This document shows, piece by piece, positions 10,290 to 23,450 of a stretch of 49,335 nucleotides of DNA (its first letter is position 1; each line of letters begins with the position of its first letter). The translations under genes and the position numbers were made by a program. The notes beneath the pieces were generated by a model. That model was not told where the DNA came from. It ran no database searches and saw only the letters and a list, made by a program, of their open reading frames with translations. The stretch comes from Octopus bimaculoides (taxonomy: Eukaryota): contig NC_068986.1 of NCBI RefSeq assembly GCF_001194135.2, positions 51,897,740 to 51,947,074 of the forward strand. Reading direction: 5' to 3'.

Positions 10290-12300
10290 CTGTATATGGA
10301 TAAGCACGAGTTTGAATTTGAGGCATACAAAGTATGTTATGAAATCAATGTTGGAGAAAATGGGTGTGTTTATAAGCCGCTTGCAGTTGTATTTTAATCT
10401 CCTCGAAAAGTGGCAAGCTTAGACATGATAAAGAGATTAAATTTGACCTCGGAACACTTAACGTTCACCTTTACAATAAAGTCTTACCAAAATTTGAAGA
10501 GAATATTTTAATCAACCTATAAAGAATCAAATTCCATAAGGAATTAGTTGAATTCGATGTTTCTATGCGAGTCAGGTTAGCTGCATATTGCCTCGGCCTC
10601 TCACATATAACAAAGGATGTGTATAGAATACACGCTAGCACATATAAAAGGCTTTTATTAAATAATATAAGAAACATTTATGAAAAGAATCTAGAAATGA
10701 AACTTATAGGTTTATTAATCTAAAAGCCAAAGATTTGGCATCAAAAAGATAGTTCACTTGTTGGTAGTGCAATGCCTGGCACTCCAGTTCCCTTTTATAA
10801 CAATTAAAGATCATAAAATAAACTTCGAGAGTAGATTAATTAATCTAGGAAAGTTAGTGTTTGATATAGTTAGCAAAGAAATATTAGAAAAAGTCACTGT
10901 CTGAGTAAAAGTTGTTTGTTCATTACAGTTTAGAAGTACTGTAATGTTTTCGAAGGGTAAAAACGAAGAAAAACTGTGGATTCACACAGTTTGACATAGC
11001 AGAATTTTATAGTTTAATAACCACACTTTCGTTAATGAGAGTCCTTGATTTTGCGAAAACAATCAGGTATTAGTGAGCCGGGCAGAGATGCGATTATTAA
11101 TGCAAATAAATCTCACACACTTTGGGTGACGATACATTGGCTAGTATTATTCGATGTGTCTGTGGTAGCAGATAATGGTGTTCAAGAGAGAGAGAGAAAA
11201 TATAGGACTATATATTCTAGATTTATTGAGAAAGAAATTTCCTGAAATAGATTGTGGTTTATATCGTGATGTTGGCTTGATCCCATTGAGTAATCGTAAC
11301 GATCATAAATTAGATACATGTAAGAATAATCTGATTAAAGTATTCAGGAAATAGAAATTAGTATTACAGTTGATGCGAACCTTATTGCCGCTAATTTGCT
11401 AGATACAACCTTGAGGCTGTATAGTAATAGCTTCAGATTATATCACTCACCGAATGAGGAATTAGTGTATATGCACAGGCAATCAAACCACTCGCGCATT
11501 ATCTTGAGGAACTTGATCGACAACGTTCTTAAACGTGTATCGTCTGTATCTCTCGATGAAGATACTTTTATGTAAGTATCTGTGTATTGTAATGAAGCAC
11601 TCAGAAATAGTGGATTCTGCCACAAGATAAGATACACAGAAGCCTTGAAAGCACAAAACAAAGGGAAAGAAATAAGAAAAGGAATAGTTTATGGTATAAC
11701 CCGATATTTAATTTAGCGGTGAGAACTAATATAGTCAGGGAATTCCTTAGTTTGATAAATTAGTATTTTTCGTACGAGCATAACTATAATAAGATATTAA
11801 AAAGGAACTTGTGAAAGGTTAATTGTTCAGTTAGTAATAATTTCGGCCCAATGAAACGGACAAGTAAACAGCTGTCCCATATCAATCATGGAATATCAGA
11901 ATTCGTAAGAATTGTCCACTAGTTGGTAAATATTTGGCAAAGCCAGAACATACAGAGCAAAGAAACAAACAACAGAGACGAACCTAAAATATAAATTTAA
12001 AGCAATAAAATTGACATTCAAAAAGCGATTTTATAAGTAAAAACATTCATTTGTCAGCCCTGAAGACAATGAGCTACGGCCTTGTCAAAAATTCTCAAAT
12101 GAGGTTAGTTCATAAAATAAAATCATAACGCAACAATAGCTTCCTATCAAAAATGTGATGTGACCTTTGTTTCAAGAAAAAAAAAAAATTTTGTCTCACA
12201 TAAGCAACATTATGAACAACACCTTGTATGTATGGAATTGCCTTTTGTGCACGTGATTGATTCCTTGGTTTTTGACTTGGATCAGAGAAAGAGACTTCGT
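10290..12300 (+). mobile_element. Penelope-like element, YRDDGL-type RT (Naiad-like lineage), decayed
   Basis: Ordered degenerate motifs: STYKRLLLNNIRNIYEK, FTQFDIAEFYSLIT, FDVSV, CGLYRDVGL, ANLLDTTL, RQSNHSRIIL, RNSLWYNPIFNLAVRTNI. Many stops and frameshifts. Confidence 0.8.
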
Positions 12301-12709
12301 TTCAAAGAGGTTTGATAAAAGGTTTTTAAGCATATCGTTTAAACAGTACAGTTCCATAAGTGGGTGGTTCGTAATCTCTCTTGTATAAGGTTTTAAACTT
12401 ATACACTAAGTTAAGAAAACGCACTAATTTAAGAAAACCGTTTGAGTCGTTTTTACACATATCAACCATGCGATCTTTGTATATGAAAAAGATAACCGTT
12501 TTCTTTTCATTATCTTTCGATTATTTTTGTATAAAGTTTCACAATATAATCAAACACCAGATAACTGAAGCGAAAACAGGTTCTGATTCACAAAAGCCCT
12601 CATGCTAATAATTTAGAGACTTTCAATAACAGTGTAGTAAAGAACTCTGAAATTTATCGTTTCTAGTAAATTAACTGAAATTCACACACACACACGCGCG
12701 GGGACACAT

Positions 12710-12750
<41 letters not shown>

Positions 12751-13669
12751 GATGATATTCCGTAATAATAATATTGACAGAGTATAAACAAAAAATCTTT
12801 GGAACGAAAATTTCTCCATAATAAGATCGCCAATACATAAATAATAGAAAAAAATACCTTGTTCTTTGAGCATGCACTAACTTACAAATTTTTATGCTCA
12901 AGTCAGCAAGGGATCAGAATTAATTTACCAGTTTATCAAACATTAGTCTGTATGAGAGTGATCCAACTGTAACTATCCCACCATTTTAATATATGAGAGG
13001 TGTTTTTTTTTTTCCTAAAATTTGATAATCAAGAACGATGGTGTTGCGATCGCTATCGTGCCATCGGTTTTGAAATTCAAATTCCGACTCCAATAAAGAC
13101 AATACAAACAAAATAAATGTGAGAAATAATACAAATCAAAAGTAGAAAAAATATAATTGCTAAAGAATTACTTCAATGTTAGTCTATTTACACATTTGCA
13201 GTACATCTGACATTGTCTGAGTACCGGGAATTCTGTGTTAGCGATTTAAATGTGAATTTTTCCCGTTGTTGAAAGTTGCATACGTGTTATAAACAGGTGT
13301 CGTTTCTTTTCTTCTTTCTTTCTCTTGCTTATTTCTTTCTTTGATGAAGTGTTTATCCGAACTGTCAATTTACTTTTCTTTATCCTTTCTTCGCCGGAAA
13401 TTTACTACGCACAACATTTTATATTAAATGTTTTTTTGCGCTCACATATGTTCCTCCACCTTTTGATTTTTTATCTACTTGTAACCTCACACATTGTCCG
13501 ACTGTCAGCCTCTTTCTCTCCTCGTTCTATTTCGCCTATTTTACCTACACTGAAAATATTTTTATACTGCATTCACAATTTATTTTGTGATAATGTTCTG
13601 TGCGATCCTACGCATGATGGTACCAGCATCTATTGTAATTGTCAATAATTTGTATTTACTATTTAGCAT

Positions 13670-13885
13670 TGCAGTAATAGAAGGTGCTGGGTTGTCAGAA
13701 TCATTAAAAGGTTGGACAAAATGTTTTTCTGTATGTCTTGCAGCTTTTTAAGTTCAGATTTCAAATTTCGCCGGGGTCAACTGAATAATTTACCTCTCCG
13801 GGGTCAATAAATTAAAGCGCTAATCAAATATGTGAGTCAACTCACTCTTTCACTTCGTAAATTCTGGCCTTGCACCTAAATTAGA
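13670..13885 (+). mobile_element. SINE family B, degenerate
   Basis: aagttcagatttcaaatttcgccggggtcaac...ccggggtcaataaattaaag...tctggccttgcacctaaattag. Confidence 0.65.
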
Positions 13886-13929
13886 TTTCGTGCACTCGTC
13901 TGACACAGCCCCATGTTAATATAGCGGGT

Positions 13930-14420
13930 CACTCACAGTTAAGGCAACATCAATCCAGCAACTATTTAAAGTCTAGTACTTAATCTGTCGATCCCTTTTC
14001 CCAAAGTGGTAAGTTACGAGGATGTAAACCAACCGACACCAATCGTCAAGTTGTGGGGGACAAACATAAAAACGCAGGTATACGCATATATGATGGGCTT
14101 TTACACACTTTCCGTATATGAATTGTTATGTCTCAAGCTACTGCTATCTAGCACCAGACGATCTCTACTCAACCGCTACACGTCTGCTACTCAACAGCTA
14201 TTCAACTGTCAGTCAACCGCTACCACGGTCAGACTACCTCTATTTATATGTCTTGGTCGAGCCTACTTCTTCGCTTGGGGGCGTCGACACAACATGAATT
14301 AGTGTAAAAGGTCTTCATCGGCCTGGAGTTATAGTAGAAGACATTTGCCCAAGGTGCTAGTCAATGGAAATGAACCTAGGACCGCATAGTTATCACGTGA
14401 ACTTCTTAACTCCATAGCCA
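13930..14420 (-). mobile_element. SINE family A, old copy interrupted by a solo LTR
   Basis: Antisense tail (aagttacgaggatgtaaac...aatcgtcaag) and head (atagtagaagacatttgcccaagg). Confidence 0.7.
14124..14294. mobile_element. Solo LTR (171 bp) with 5-bp TSD
   Basis: Termini TGTTATGTC...GACACAACA (TG..CA, 8/9 inverted). TSD TGAAT at 14119-14123 and 14295-14299. Internal TATAAATAG on the minus strand. Confidence 0.75.
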
Positions 14421-15240
14421 TGCTTGTGTATGATGACTATGATGTCTAGAAAACTTTTTGTTTTTGTTGTTAGTGGTCAACTTTTGCTCCTTCCAGGACC
14501 GATAAAATAATGTAGCAATAGGGGGTTTTGAGATCGATATGATCGACTAACTCACCCCAACAACACATTCCTAGTTTTGTATCGATGTTAGAAACGATTA
14601 TATAATAATATCTATTGTATCAACCCTAGGTGGCTAAAATCCAAACTCAACCTACATGAAACTGAACTCAGTACGTCGAGGTTCGATATGAAATAGAATA
14701 CGCCGTTTACTACGAGACTGACTGTACCTACCAACGCATAGTCCTGACAGTTTAATATAGTGCCTGAGTTGCCGGTGGATAACTCCTTAATGATTGCTGC
14801 AAACGGTTTCATTTGGAAAGTTTATGCGATTAGATAGATAATAATTAAGCATCCGGACTAAGAACAGATAAAGAGACCACCTCGAAGTTCGTAATCCTTA
14901 CCTAGACAATTATTCTGTCATCACAGTAAAGATTTAGATGTTAAGTAATAGCGTTAAAACAACACCAGCAGATTCGGCTTTGTTGATTGTTTGTCGTTAT
15001 TATATCCGTATCAAAGTTTCCGTATATCTGTTTGTTTTTGTCTTTTATTGTTTTATTTCTCAAACATTTGTTGTACATCAAATTACTCTTCAGTTCGGGG
15101 AATAACTAAATGGCATTATTTCATTTGCTGCGCCCTACTCTCCCTCTCTCTCTCTCTTTCTCTTTCACGCCTTTCTCTCCCCCTCTCTCTTTTTCTCTTT
15201 TTCTTTCTCACACACACTCACACATTATATGTACGTAAAC

Positions 15241-15301
<61 letters not shown>

Positions 15302-15855
15302 TGTTTCTCCTCTTTTAATTTCTTCTTTGTGATATAATTCTTGGGAAAGAATATATTTGCGGCTGAAGATAGCTTTATACTATCAATTATATACCAATAT
15401 ATATATATATCAATGGCTTAGCTGGCTGAAACTTCGAAGTCACTATCAATACCACTTTTCTTAGAGAATAATAAAATTTGTGCTCTTCAAAAGTAGGGTG
15501 TAATTCTTTAGAATAATGCAAAATTGACTTTATTATAGTAAAGGCTATTTACCAACCTTATGTGGCTGTCCTGGAAGGGACGATTGTTACTGCTGTTTAG
15601 CCGCAGGAAACATCGTTTCCAGCTGGCTATACGACACAGTATCTGTGTCCTTATATGGTCGAACAGGGAGTCCAGCCCCTACCCCCATCCAGCACAAAGC
15701 AACATCTGTGGGCCTATTTCTGAGTTATTAATCTTTATCAACACAGAGTAGCTGCTTGGCTATTTATTAGATCAGTGTCTGTGTGTCACTTTGAAAACTA
15801 TATATTTCCGAAAAGAATTCAGCAACGCCACCTAGCCAATGACCTACATTCAAAT

Positions 15856-15918
15856 ACGCGCACACACACACACACTCACACACACACACACACAGACACA
15901 CACACACACGCACACACG

Positions 15919-15991
<73 letters not shown>

Positions 15992-16074
15992 ACACACACA
16001 CTCTCTCTCTCTCTTATGCACACAAAAACGTGCGCACACATAAGCATGTGTACACACACACGTACGCACGCACG

Positions 16075-16116
<42 letters not shown>

Positions 16117-16140
16117 CACACAGACACACACACACATACA
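15856..16140. repeat. Long (CA)n compound microsatellite
   Basis: Directly visible. Confidence 0.95.
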
Positions 16141-16679
16141 TCACAAGTATTCAGGACCCCAAATGCGTATGTATAGGCAAAAACTATTAGCAGCGTATTT
16201 ACGTAGCAGTTTGTATATTTGAACTTTCATAGCCATACATACACACATAAACATACACATGTATACAAACAAGCACACACACACGCACCCCCCCACACAC
16301 ATGGATATGTATACATATACAAACAACTGAAATCTTTAACAAATACATACGCATTTTGATGTATGCATTATATAAACCCACTAAATATGTCTTTGTTGAT
16401 TCATTCATTTGTATCGCTTGCACGGATTTATTGTACATCTACTTTGTAAGGAGAAATTTTTGTCTAGATCTATGCCGATCATACGTTTACTTTTATTGGT
16501 AATGACATACAGAACAACAATAACAACGACAACAAGAACAACAGTAAAGCGAATTATAATAATGACTTCTTTCATTGACCTCTTTGGGTTAAGATATAAA
16601 GACGGACGGAAATCTGCGTTACGTACTACATATAACCTCTTATAACCTTTTTACTTTTCAATAATAATATTCATTTCCG

Positions 16680-16960
16680 ATATAGGCCCAAGGCCTAGAA
16701 TTTGTGGGGAGAGGGACAGACAATCGCATTGATCCCAGTGTTACACTGGTACTTAATTTATCCATAAGGGCGACAATTTTGGGGAAGAGGATGAATCGAT
16801 TACATCGACACCAGTGTTCAACTGGTACTTATTTTATCGCCCTGAAAGGATGAAAGGTAAAGTCAACCCCGGCGGAATTTGAACTCAGAATGTAGAGACG
16901 GGCGAAATACCGCTAAGCCTTTCGTCCGGTGCGCAAACTATTCTAGCAGCTCGCCCCCTA
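16680..16960 (-). mobile_element. SINE family B (with partial internal duplication)
   Basis: Antisense family B. The tail segment ccagtgtt...actggtactta occurs twice (about 16735 and 16812). Confidence 0.8.
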
Positions 16961-17044
16961 ATAATAATAATAATAATAATAATACCACTACTACTACTAC
17001 TACTACTAATAATAATGATGATGATGATACTAATTTCAAATTGT

Positions 17045-17227
17045 AGCTCATGGCCAGCAATTTCGGTAGAGGGTGTAACTCGATTGCGTCGACCCCTGTG
17101 TTCAACTGATACTTATTTTATCGACCCCGAAAGGATGAAAAGCAAATTTGAACTCAGAGTGTAACGACGGACGAAATACTGCTAAGCATTTTGCCCGGCG
17201 TGCCAACGATTCTGCCAGCTTACCGCC

Positions 17228-17230
<3 letters not shown>
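17045..17230 (-). mobile_element. SINE family B
   Basis: tcgaccccgaaaggatgaaa...tgaactcaga...cattttgcccggcgtgccaacgattctgccagc, flanked by (AAT)n. Confidence 0.85.
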
Positions 17231-17278
<48 letters not shown>

Positions 17279-17494
17279 GTAATAATAATAATAATAATGA
17301 TGATTATGATGATTTCATTTAATTGCTACGAGGGTGAAATATGAGAGGGACAATACAAAGACAGACATAAGGTGTGGGGGTTTACATATAATCAAATGAT
17401 AAACGAAAGAAAGTGAGTATACACAATTTTCGCAACTTTCACCTATCTTTCACTAAATTCACTCGATGACAGCACTTCTCTCTCCACTCTCAAT

Positions 17495-17544
<50 letters not shown>

Positions 17545-17545
<1 letters not shown>

Positions 17546-18060
17546 GAGCATAAGAAACAACATAGCATGGTATGTAAAAAATGCCACAGAACCTCTATTA
17601 TTAGAAGTAAGAAGGTCAGGCCTGTGTAGGATGAAAGATTGCAAAGATAAAGCATTATACAAGCAATTGAAAACGAATGAAACTGAAAATAGGTGGGTAA
17701 AGAAAAGAATACATGGACAATTCCATGGGGATGTTGAAGACAAGACAGACAGAGAAAAAAATATGGCTCTGGATAACTAAAAGGGATTTAAAACCGGAAA
17801 CGGAGGCTCTAATCTGTGCTGCCCAAGAGCAAGCACTAAGAACAAACTACATAAAATACAGAATTGACAACACAGCAGTAAGTGATAAGTGCAGAATCTG
17901 TGGACAAAATGGTGAAACCGTATGGCATATTACCAGGCAATGTACGCCACTATATCAGAAGGAATGCAAGAGATGCCACGACAATATAACAAGGCTTGTC
18001 CATTGGACATTTTGCAACAAGTATGAACTTGACAGAGCAAAAAATTGGTACGACCACAAG
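17545..18060 (+). mobile_element. R4/Dong-clade RLE LINE fragment
   Basis: HGQF...WITKRDLKPETEALICAAQEQALRTNYIK...DKCRICGQNGETVWHITRQC...HDNITRLVHW...WYDHK: zinc-knuckle region of R4/Dong. Starts directly after (AAT)n. Confidence 0.9.
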
Positions 18061-18900
18061 TTGATGTTAGTTTCGAAGGTAGAGCATTCAGAAGAAACTT
18101 GCTTTTCTGTAGTAACCGGGGGTAAACTCCTTTTTTGTCTTGGTTTGGAATGGGTGTGGGAGTCTTGAGTACTTGTTTATGATTTTGCCTTTGTGGTGTT
18201 TGTAATGTTGACAGCAACGGGACTTCATTTTTTCTTGTTTCAGGGCAGAAAGCCTTTAAGTGATTTACAGATTCACATATGTGGTATCTTGGCTCTCTAC
18301 CCTCCACAAATACTGTCAGGTGAATAGCATATGGGAGACCAAATACGTCGGGCAGCTGGTCGATATGGTCCTCCTTGCATTGCAAGGTCAGTTCCATACC
18401 TATACCTAACCAGTTTTGCTTAGGTAGTTTCTTGACCTCCAATATTGTGACTTCGTCTTCTTCTAAACCTGTCAAGACGTCTGCCACTAACCAGATAATG
18501 GATATTCCTGGCGGCACATTCGGTACCATAATCTTGGCAAGGCGTTGGCCGTGATAGCTGGAGATTAAGAAAAAGTTGTCATTCCTCAAAGTGGTTGCGG
18601 AATTACATTTAGCTGCTTCTTCCGTCCCAAATATCACTTCAGTAATTCCAAACTTCTTTCCTCGAGTGATGTGGGTCTTTTTTTCCACACGCGCGCAAAG
18701 CATTTTTGTACTTCGCTCGCAGAGGCATTTTCCACCCGCCGAGACTTGACTCCAATGCAACGGTATGTTACCGTGCATCTTGCGATATTTTCTATCACGT
18801 CGGATGGAAGGTTTTACAATTTTACTATACCAATTCTTCTTCATCTATGGGGAAACTTTTCATATTTTCCGCCGCTGACGCAAAAGATGCAGAGTCGATA
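18061..18900 (-). mobile_element. Tx1/L1-like LINE ORF1 (gag-like) fragment
   Basis: ORF 17930-18844 ends in VFVEGREPRYHICESVNHLKAFCP, a decayed CCHC knuckle. Same motif context as the copy near 47760 (EGRLLRCHRCLEPGYIKKNYP). Confidence 0.7.
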
Positions 18901-19165
18901 TTTGCGTTTTCATGTTTCATTTCTTTCATAGTGTTATCGCTGTTATTATTATTGTTGCTGCTGTTGCTGTTGTTGTTCTGGTTGTTGACACCGAACAAGA
19001 GGGGTTGTTTCTACGCAAAAATACTATCTGCGCAATCCAGACAATCTCAGAAATGTAATGGTAACAATAAGAATGAAAAGACAGGGCCTTCGAAGGTCGA
19101 AAATATTACAAGCACTTTTTCAACTTTAGGAGCACCAAATTTCTGTGACTTCATAGTATGGGGGC

Positions 19166-19227
<62 letters not shown>

Positions 19228-19228
<1 letters not shown>

Positions 19229-19432
19229 CCTTTCTATTAAAGGCACAATGCCTGAAATTGTAGGAGAAGAGACTATTCGATTTCATCGATTCCAGTACGT
19301 AACTGGTACTTAATTTATCGACACCGAAAGGATGAAGGGCAAACTCGACTTCGGTGGAATTTGAACTCAAAACGTAGCAGCAGACGAAATACCGATAAGC
19401 ATTTTGCCCGACATGCTAACAATTATGCCAGT
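19228..19432 (-). mobile_element. SINE family B
   Basis: actggtacttaatttatcgacaccgaaaggatgaagggcaaactcgacttcggtggaatttgaactc, flanked by (AAT)n. Confidence 0.85.
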
Positions 19433-19459
19433 TAATAATAATAATAATCTGCTATAGCC

Positions 19460-19660
19460 ACATTGTTCGAAAATTTGGTGGAGTGGGCTATTCGACAACA
19501 CCCACCCCAGAGCTTGTTTGATACTAACATTATCGATACCAAACAGGTGAAAAAAAAAGCAAAGTCGATCTCGGTGAAATTTGAACTCAGAACGTAAAAC
19601 CGGAAGAACTGAGGCTAACCATTTTTGTTCAACGCACTAACGATTGTGCCAGTTGGATGC
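19460..19660 (-). mobile_element. SINE family B, older copy
   Basis: aaagtcgatctcggtgaaatttgaactcagaacgtaa...cactaacgattgtgccag. Confidence 0.75.
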
Positions 19661-19672
19661 CTTGACGACGAA

Positions 19673-19743
<71 letters not shown>

Positions 19744-20833
19744 TGATGATGATGATGATGATGATGATAATGATAATGATAATGATAATAACGGTGTCAG
19801 TAATAATGAAACTAAAAATTGATTGACAAATTGAACAGTGAAAAAACACAATCATACTGAGATTAAAGGATAACATTTTACCAATAAAATTAAGTACTAT
19901 GATGACGTTTAAAATATTTAGACGGCTGACGAAGGGAAAAATGAGAGATAGAAACGCGTATGTTGAGAGAGGAAATTATCATTTCCGTATGCATTGATTC
20001 AAAATCACGCTTATTGTTTCTAATAACCATATTTAGAATTGATTTCGAAAGCAGACAGTTTCCTTGTTTCTTGATTTCTTGATTCAGAAAATAACCTAGT
20101 GAAATATGAGATGCTTCACTGTGATCGCTTGAATATTCTCCTGGAATATTTATTTCTTTTTTCTGTTTTTTTTTTTTTTTGCTTATTGGTAAATTATATT
20201 TTTAGCTTCTTTATGTAGAAAACAAAAGTACTTCAATCCCATTTTCAATATATAGTTTTAATTAAATGCTTGTTTATTCAGTATTTATTCTCATATTTGT
20301 AATTATGTATATTTTTGTAAACATTTGTTCCTGCTGGTATTTTTCATTTCTTTTCCTTTTATTTTCACCCCATCGCCTCTCGTTCTGATTCCTTTCTCGT
20401 TTTTCTCTTTCGTTGTTTTCGATTAAATATCGTCTGCAGAAAGAAAAAAGAANNNNNNNNNNNNNNNNNNNNNNNNNNNNNNNNNNNNNNNNNNNNNNNN
20501 NNNNNNNNNNNNNNNNNNNNNNNNNNNNNNNNNNNNNNNNNNNNNNNNNNNNNNNNNNNNNNNNNNNNNNNNNNNNNNNNNNNNNNNNNNNNNNNNNNNN
20601 NNNNNNNNNNNNNNNNNNNNNNNNNNNNNNNNNNNNNNNNNNNNNNNNNNNNNNNNNNNNNNNNNNNNNNNNNNNNNNNNNNNNNNNNNNNNNNNNNNNN
20701 NNNNNNNNNNNNNNNNNNNNNNNNNNNNNNNNNNNNNNNNNNNNNNNNNNNNNNNNNNNNNNNNNNNNNNNNNNNNNNNNNNNNNNNNNNNNNNNNNNNN
20801 NNNNNNNNNNNNNNNNNNNNNNNNNNNNNNNNN

Positions 20834-20865
<32 letters not shown>

Positions 20866-21019
20866 AAACCTCAAAAACGAACTAACACAAGAAAAAAAAA
20901 ACAACGCGAGGACGGGGTACATGCAAAGTATTAGCAGACGCTGTGTGCGTTTACACACACTCACTCACACACACACACATACATACTCTCACACACATAT
21001 GTGTGTATATATATATTTG

Positions 21020-21054
<35 letters not shown>

Positions 21055-21093
21055 ATACACACACAAACATATATTTAAATATATTTATATAGG

Positions 21094-21249
21094 TGTAGGC
21101 GTGGGTGTGTGGTAAGAAACTTATAAACCACATAGTTCGGGTTTCAGTCCCACAGCGTGGGACTTCAGCGTGTGTCTTTTGCTAGAGCCGCAGGCTGACC
21201 AAAGCCTTGTGAGTGGATTTGGGAGATCGAAACTGAAAGAAGCTCGTCG

Positions 21250-21312
<63 letters not shown>

Positions 21313-21425
21313 GTGTCTTTAGGTCTGTGTTTGTCCCCCCCTACCACCACTTGACAACCAGTGCTTGTGTGCTTATATCTCCGTATACTAGCGGTTCGGT
21401 AAAGTAACCGATGGATTAAGTGCTT
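21094..21425 (+). mobile_element. SINE family A
   Basis: ggcgtgggtgtgtggtaag...gaccaaagccttgtgagtggatttgg...(TG)n...tttgtcccccc...gcggttcgg. Confidence 0.85.
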
Positions 21426-21865
21426 TTTGCGGTACAACGTGACCATCCCGTTTCTCCTTTCACCCGCTGTTTCTTTGCTTGTCCGCTGACTGGTTCACTC
21501 GTTCTCTCTTGGGCTCCTAGGTCATCTTAATTTCTTACCTATCGTTATATCTTTCCATCTATCTTTCGTTCTGTCCTTCTATCTCTCGAATTTTCTTTTG
21601 AAGACCTACTGGACATCCTTTTCAATTAACGCTACTTCTGCATATGTTTAGTTTTAATACTGTCCCATAACAAAAAGGCTTCTTTATGTATGTATATACT
21701 TATACATACAATTAGTTGTGTCCTTTCTTGTTGTGTCTTTTCCTTACCCTGTCATCGTTTATCATTTGTTTTTGTTTTTGTTTTCGTCATCGTCCTTTAT
21801 GTGTGGTCACTTATCCCAACAGCATTTTGCTGTTGACACCATTTAAATGCTTTATCCCATCGATA

Positions 21866-21910
21866 ATGGCGGGAAATTTTGAGTACTTGCGGTCGAAAAC
21901 TGATGAGAGG
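21866..21910 (+). other. Candidate first coding exon (MAGNFEYLRSKTDER), unconfirmed
   Basis: ataATGG Kozak-like context, 15 open codons and donor AGG|GTGAGC, in locally CpG-containing non-repeat sequence. Confidence 0.2.
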
Positions 21911-22499
21911 GTGAGCGGGTTCACATCTTGTGCCTGTTTTTTATGTGTCGTCTTTATGAGCACGATTTTACTCTTACACACGCACGCACATACATACATA
22001 CATACACACACACACATACACACACAAACACTCACACACATATACATGCATACATGAATTGTTATTAATTCAAACAAGTGGAGGAATAGAAGAAATGAAG
22101 TTGTAAATGAATGGAGGATATATAAAAATTAGATTTTAATTATATTTTAAAATATATGAATAGATTTGACCAGTTTCACATTAGATTTTCAAAAGTAAAT
22201 AGTGTATGGAGTTGTGTCGTGAATTATGCTTATTCTAGCCATTGTTATAAAAATTGTTTTTAGAATTTACATACAGATAGATTGATCAAACTTCATGTAT
22301 TACGTATATCTGATATCCGCGAGAGAAGATTACAAAAAGTTTTTCTCCATTGAATATGTCATATGACAGTTAGAAAAGAAGGATATGAATAAGTGATATA
22401 ATAATTAGTTACATAAACGTTTTATAGATAATTAGTTTATTAGTCTGATAATAAACTAATTTAAAAACTATAGAGTTTAACTAAGATAACGAATTGCGG

Positions 22500-23450
22500 A
22501 GTAAATAAGGTAAATGATAGCTGCTACATGAACTTTGGTTTTCTGAAGAACGAGCTCAAGCAGATATTCTACAATAATTAATTCATATGAAGAGGCGAAT
22601 CATGTATTAATGATGTTTTTATAGCCTGTTCAGCAGTGGCTTGGATTTTTTAATAAACGGAGTTTCCTTATTAATTCTTGTTTCGTCTGGAGTATTGCCT
22701 GAACATTAGTAGAGTGGGAAAACAAAAAAAATAGGCGATTTGGTTTTCACGCAGATGTCTTGATGGAATTTGAATCCATCTAAATGGAAATTGTTTTGTT
22801 TTGGTTTCCCGTGTTTGTTGATGAAGAATATTAAATATCATTCTTGAACTGAATTTAGTTTGTCCAATGAAGTCTTTCCTGCAGCCATTGCATTTAATGG
22901 CATAAATCAATTTTTTTTGAAGAATAAGTAAAATGTATTTTTTTACAGTAAAACCTTCTCCTGATTTACATTTATAAGTTGTGCTCCCAATACGATTGTC
23001 ACAAGTTCTTCAACTGAATTATCCTCACTTCTTAACCTGGTAGGTACTTTTTTTAACTGTCGGTAAGTACTTATTTTTAGGAACTTTGGTTGCCTTTTGC
23101 ATTTAATTATTTTGTATGATAAAAGTGCCATTTATTTTCTTGGGTCTTGGTTCAATAACGGTCTGTTCTGATGGATAATGCGGAAGGGTTCTCTATTTCT
23201 TCAAATACATATATGTACCTATATATACAAAGAGTTGTTTTATATTCTCAACATCTGGAATGGAGACCATTGTTTGGTTTCTTTTCGAGAGGTTAAGCAG
23301 AATATCGGGTTTGGTATGTTTTGGGTGGTATGAAGAAAGTAGTAGGTACAGTTTAGTCACTTGGTTTGTACAAGATGTCGGTTTCTATGTTTGTGACATA
23401 TTCTGAATTAGTTGCTAGAACTCAAATACTTCTGAAAACGGGTATGTACA
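22500..23450 (-). mobile_element. Penelope-like element, Neptune/Poseidon-type thumb plus GIY-YIG, decayed
   Basis: IETDILYKPSD, HPKHTKPDILLNLSKR, IIKCKRQPKFLK, LIYAIKCNGCRKDFIGQT in the expected order. Confidence 0.85.

Noticed and set aside
10471-10677. C-type-lectin-like CILYTSFVICER on the minus strand
   Set aside because: The plus strand here is part of the Penelope-like RT region, so this is an antisense artefact.
13034-13070. Small GC-rich hairpin (cgatgg...ccatcg around gcgatcgc)
   Set aside because: Short and bulged, too small for a pre-miRNA, with no supporting context.
14612-14812. 66-aa minus ORF in unique-looking sequence
   Set aside because: No recognisable motif or convincing splice signals.
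16640-19800. CRISPR-like or regular repeat-spacer array
   Set aside because: The repeats are about 200-bp diverged SINE copies with irregular spacing in eukaryotic DNA; no cas genes.
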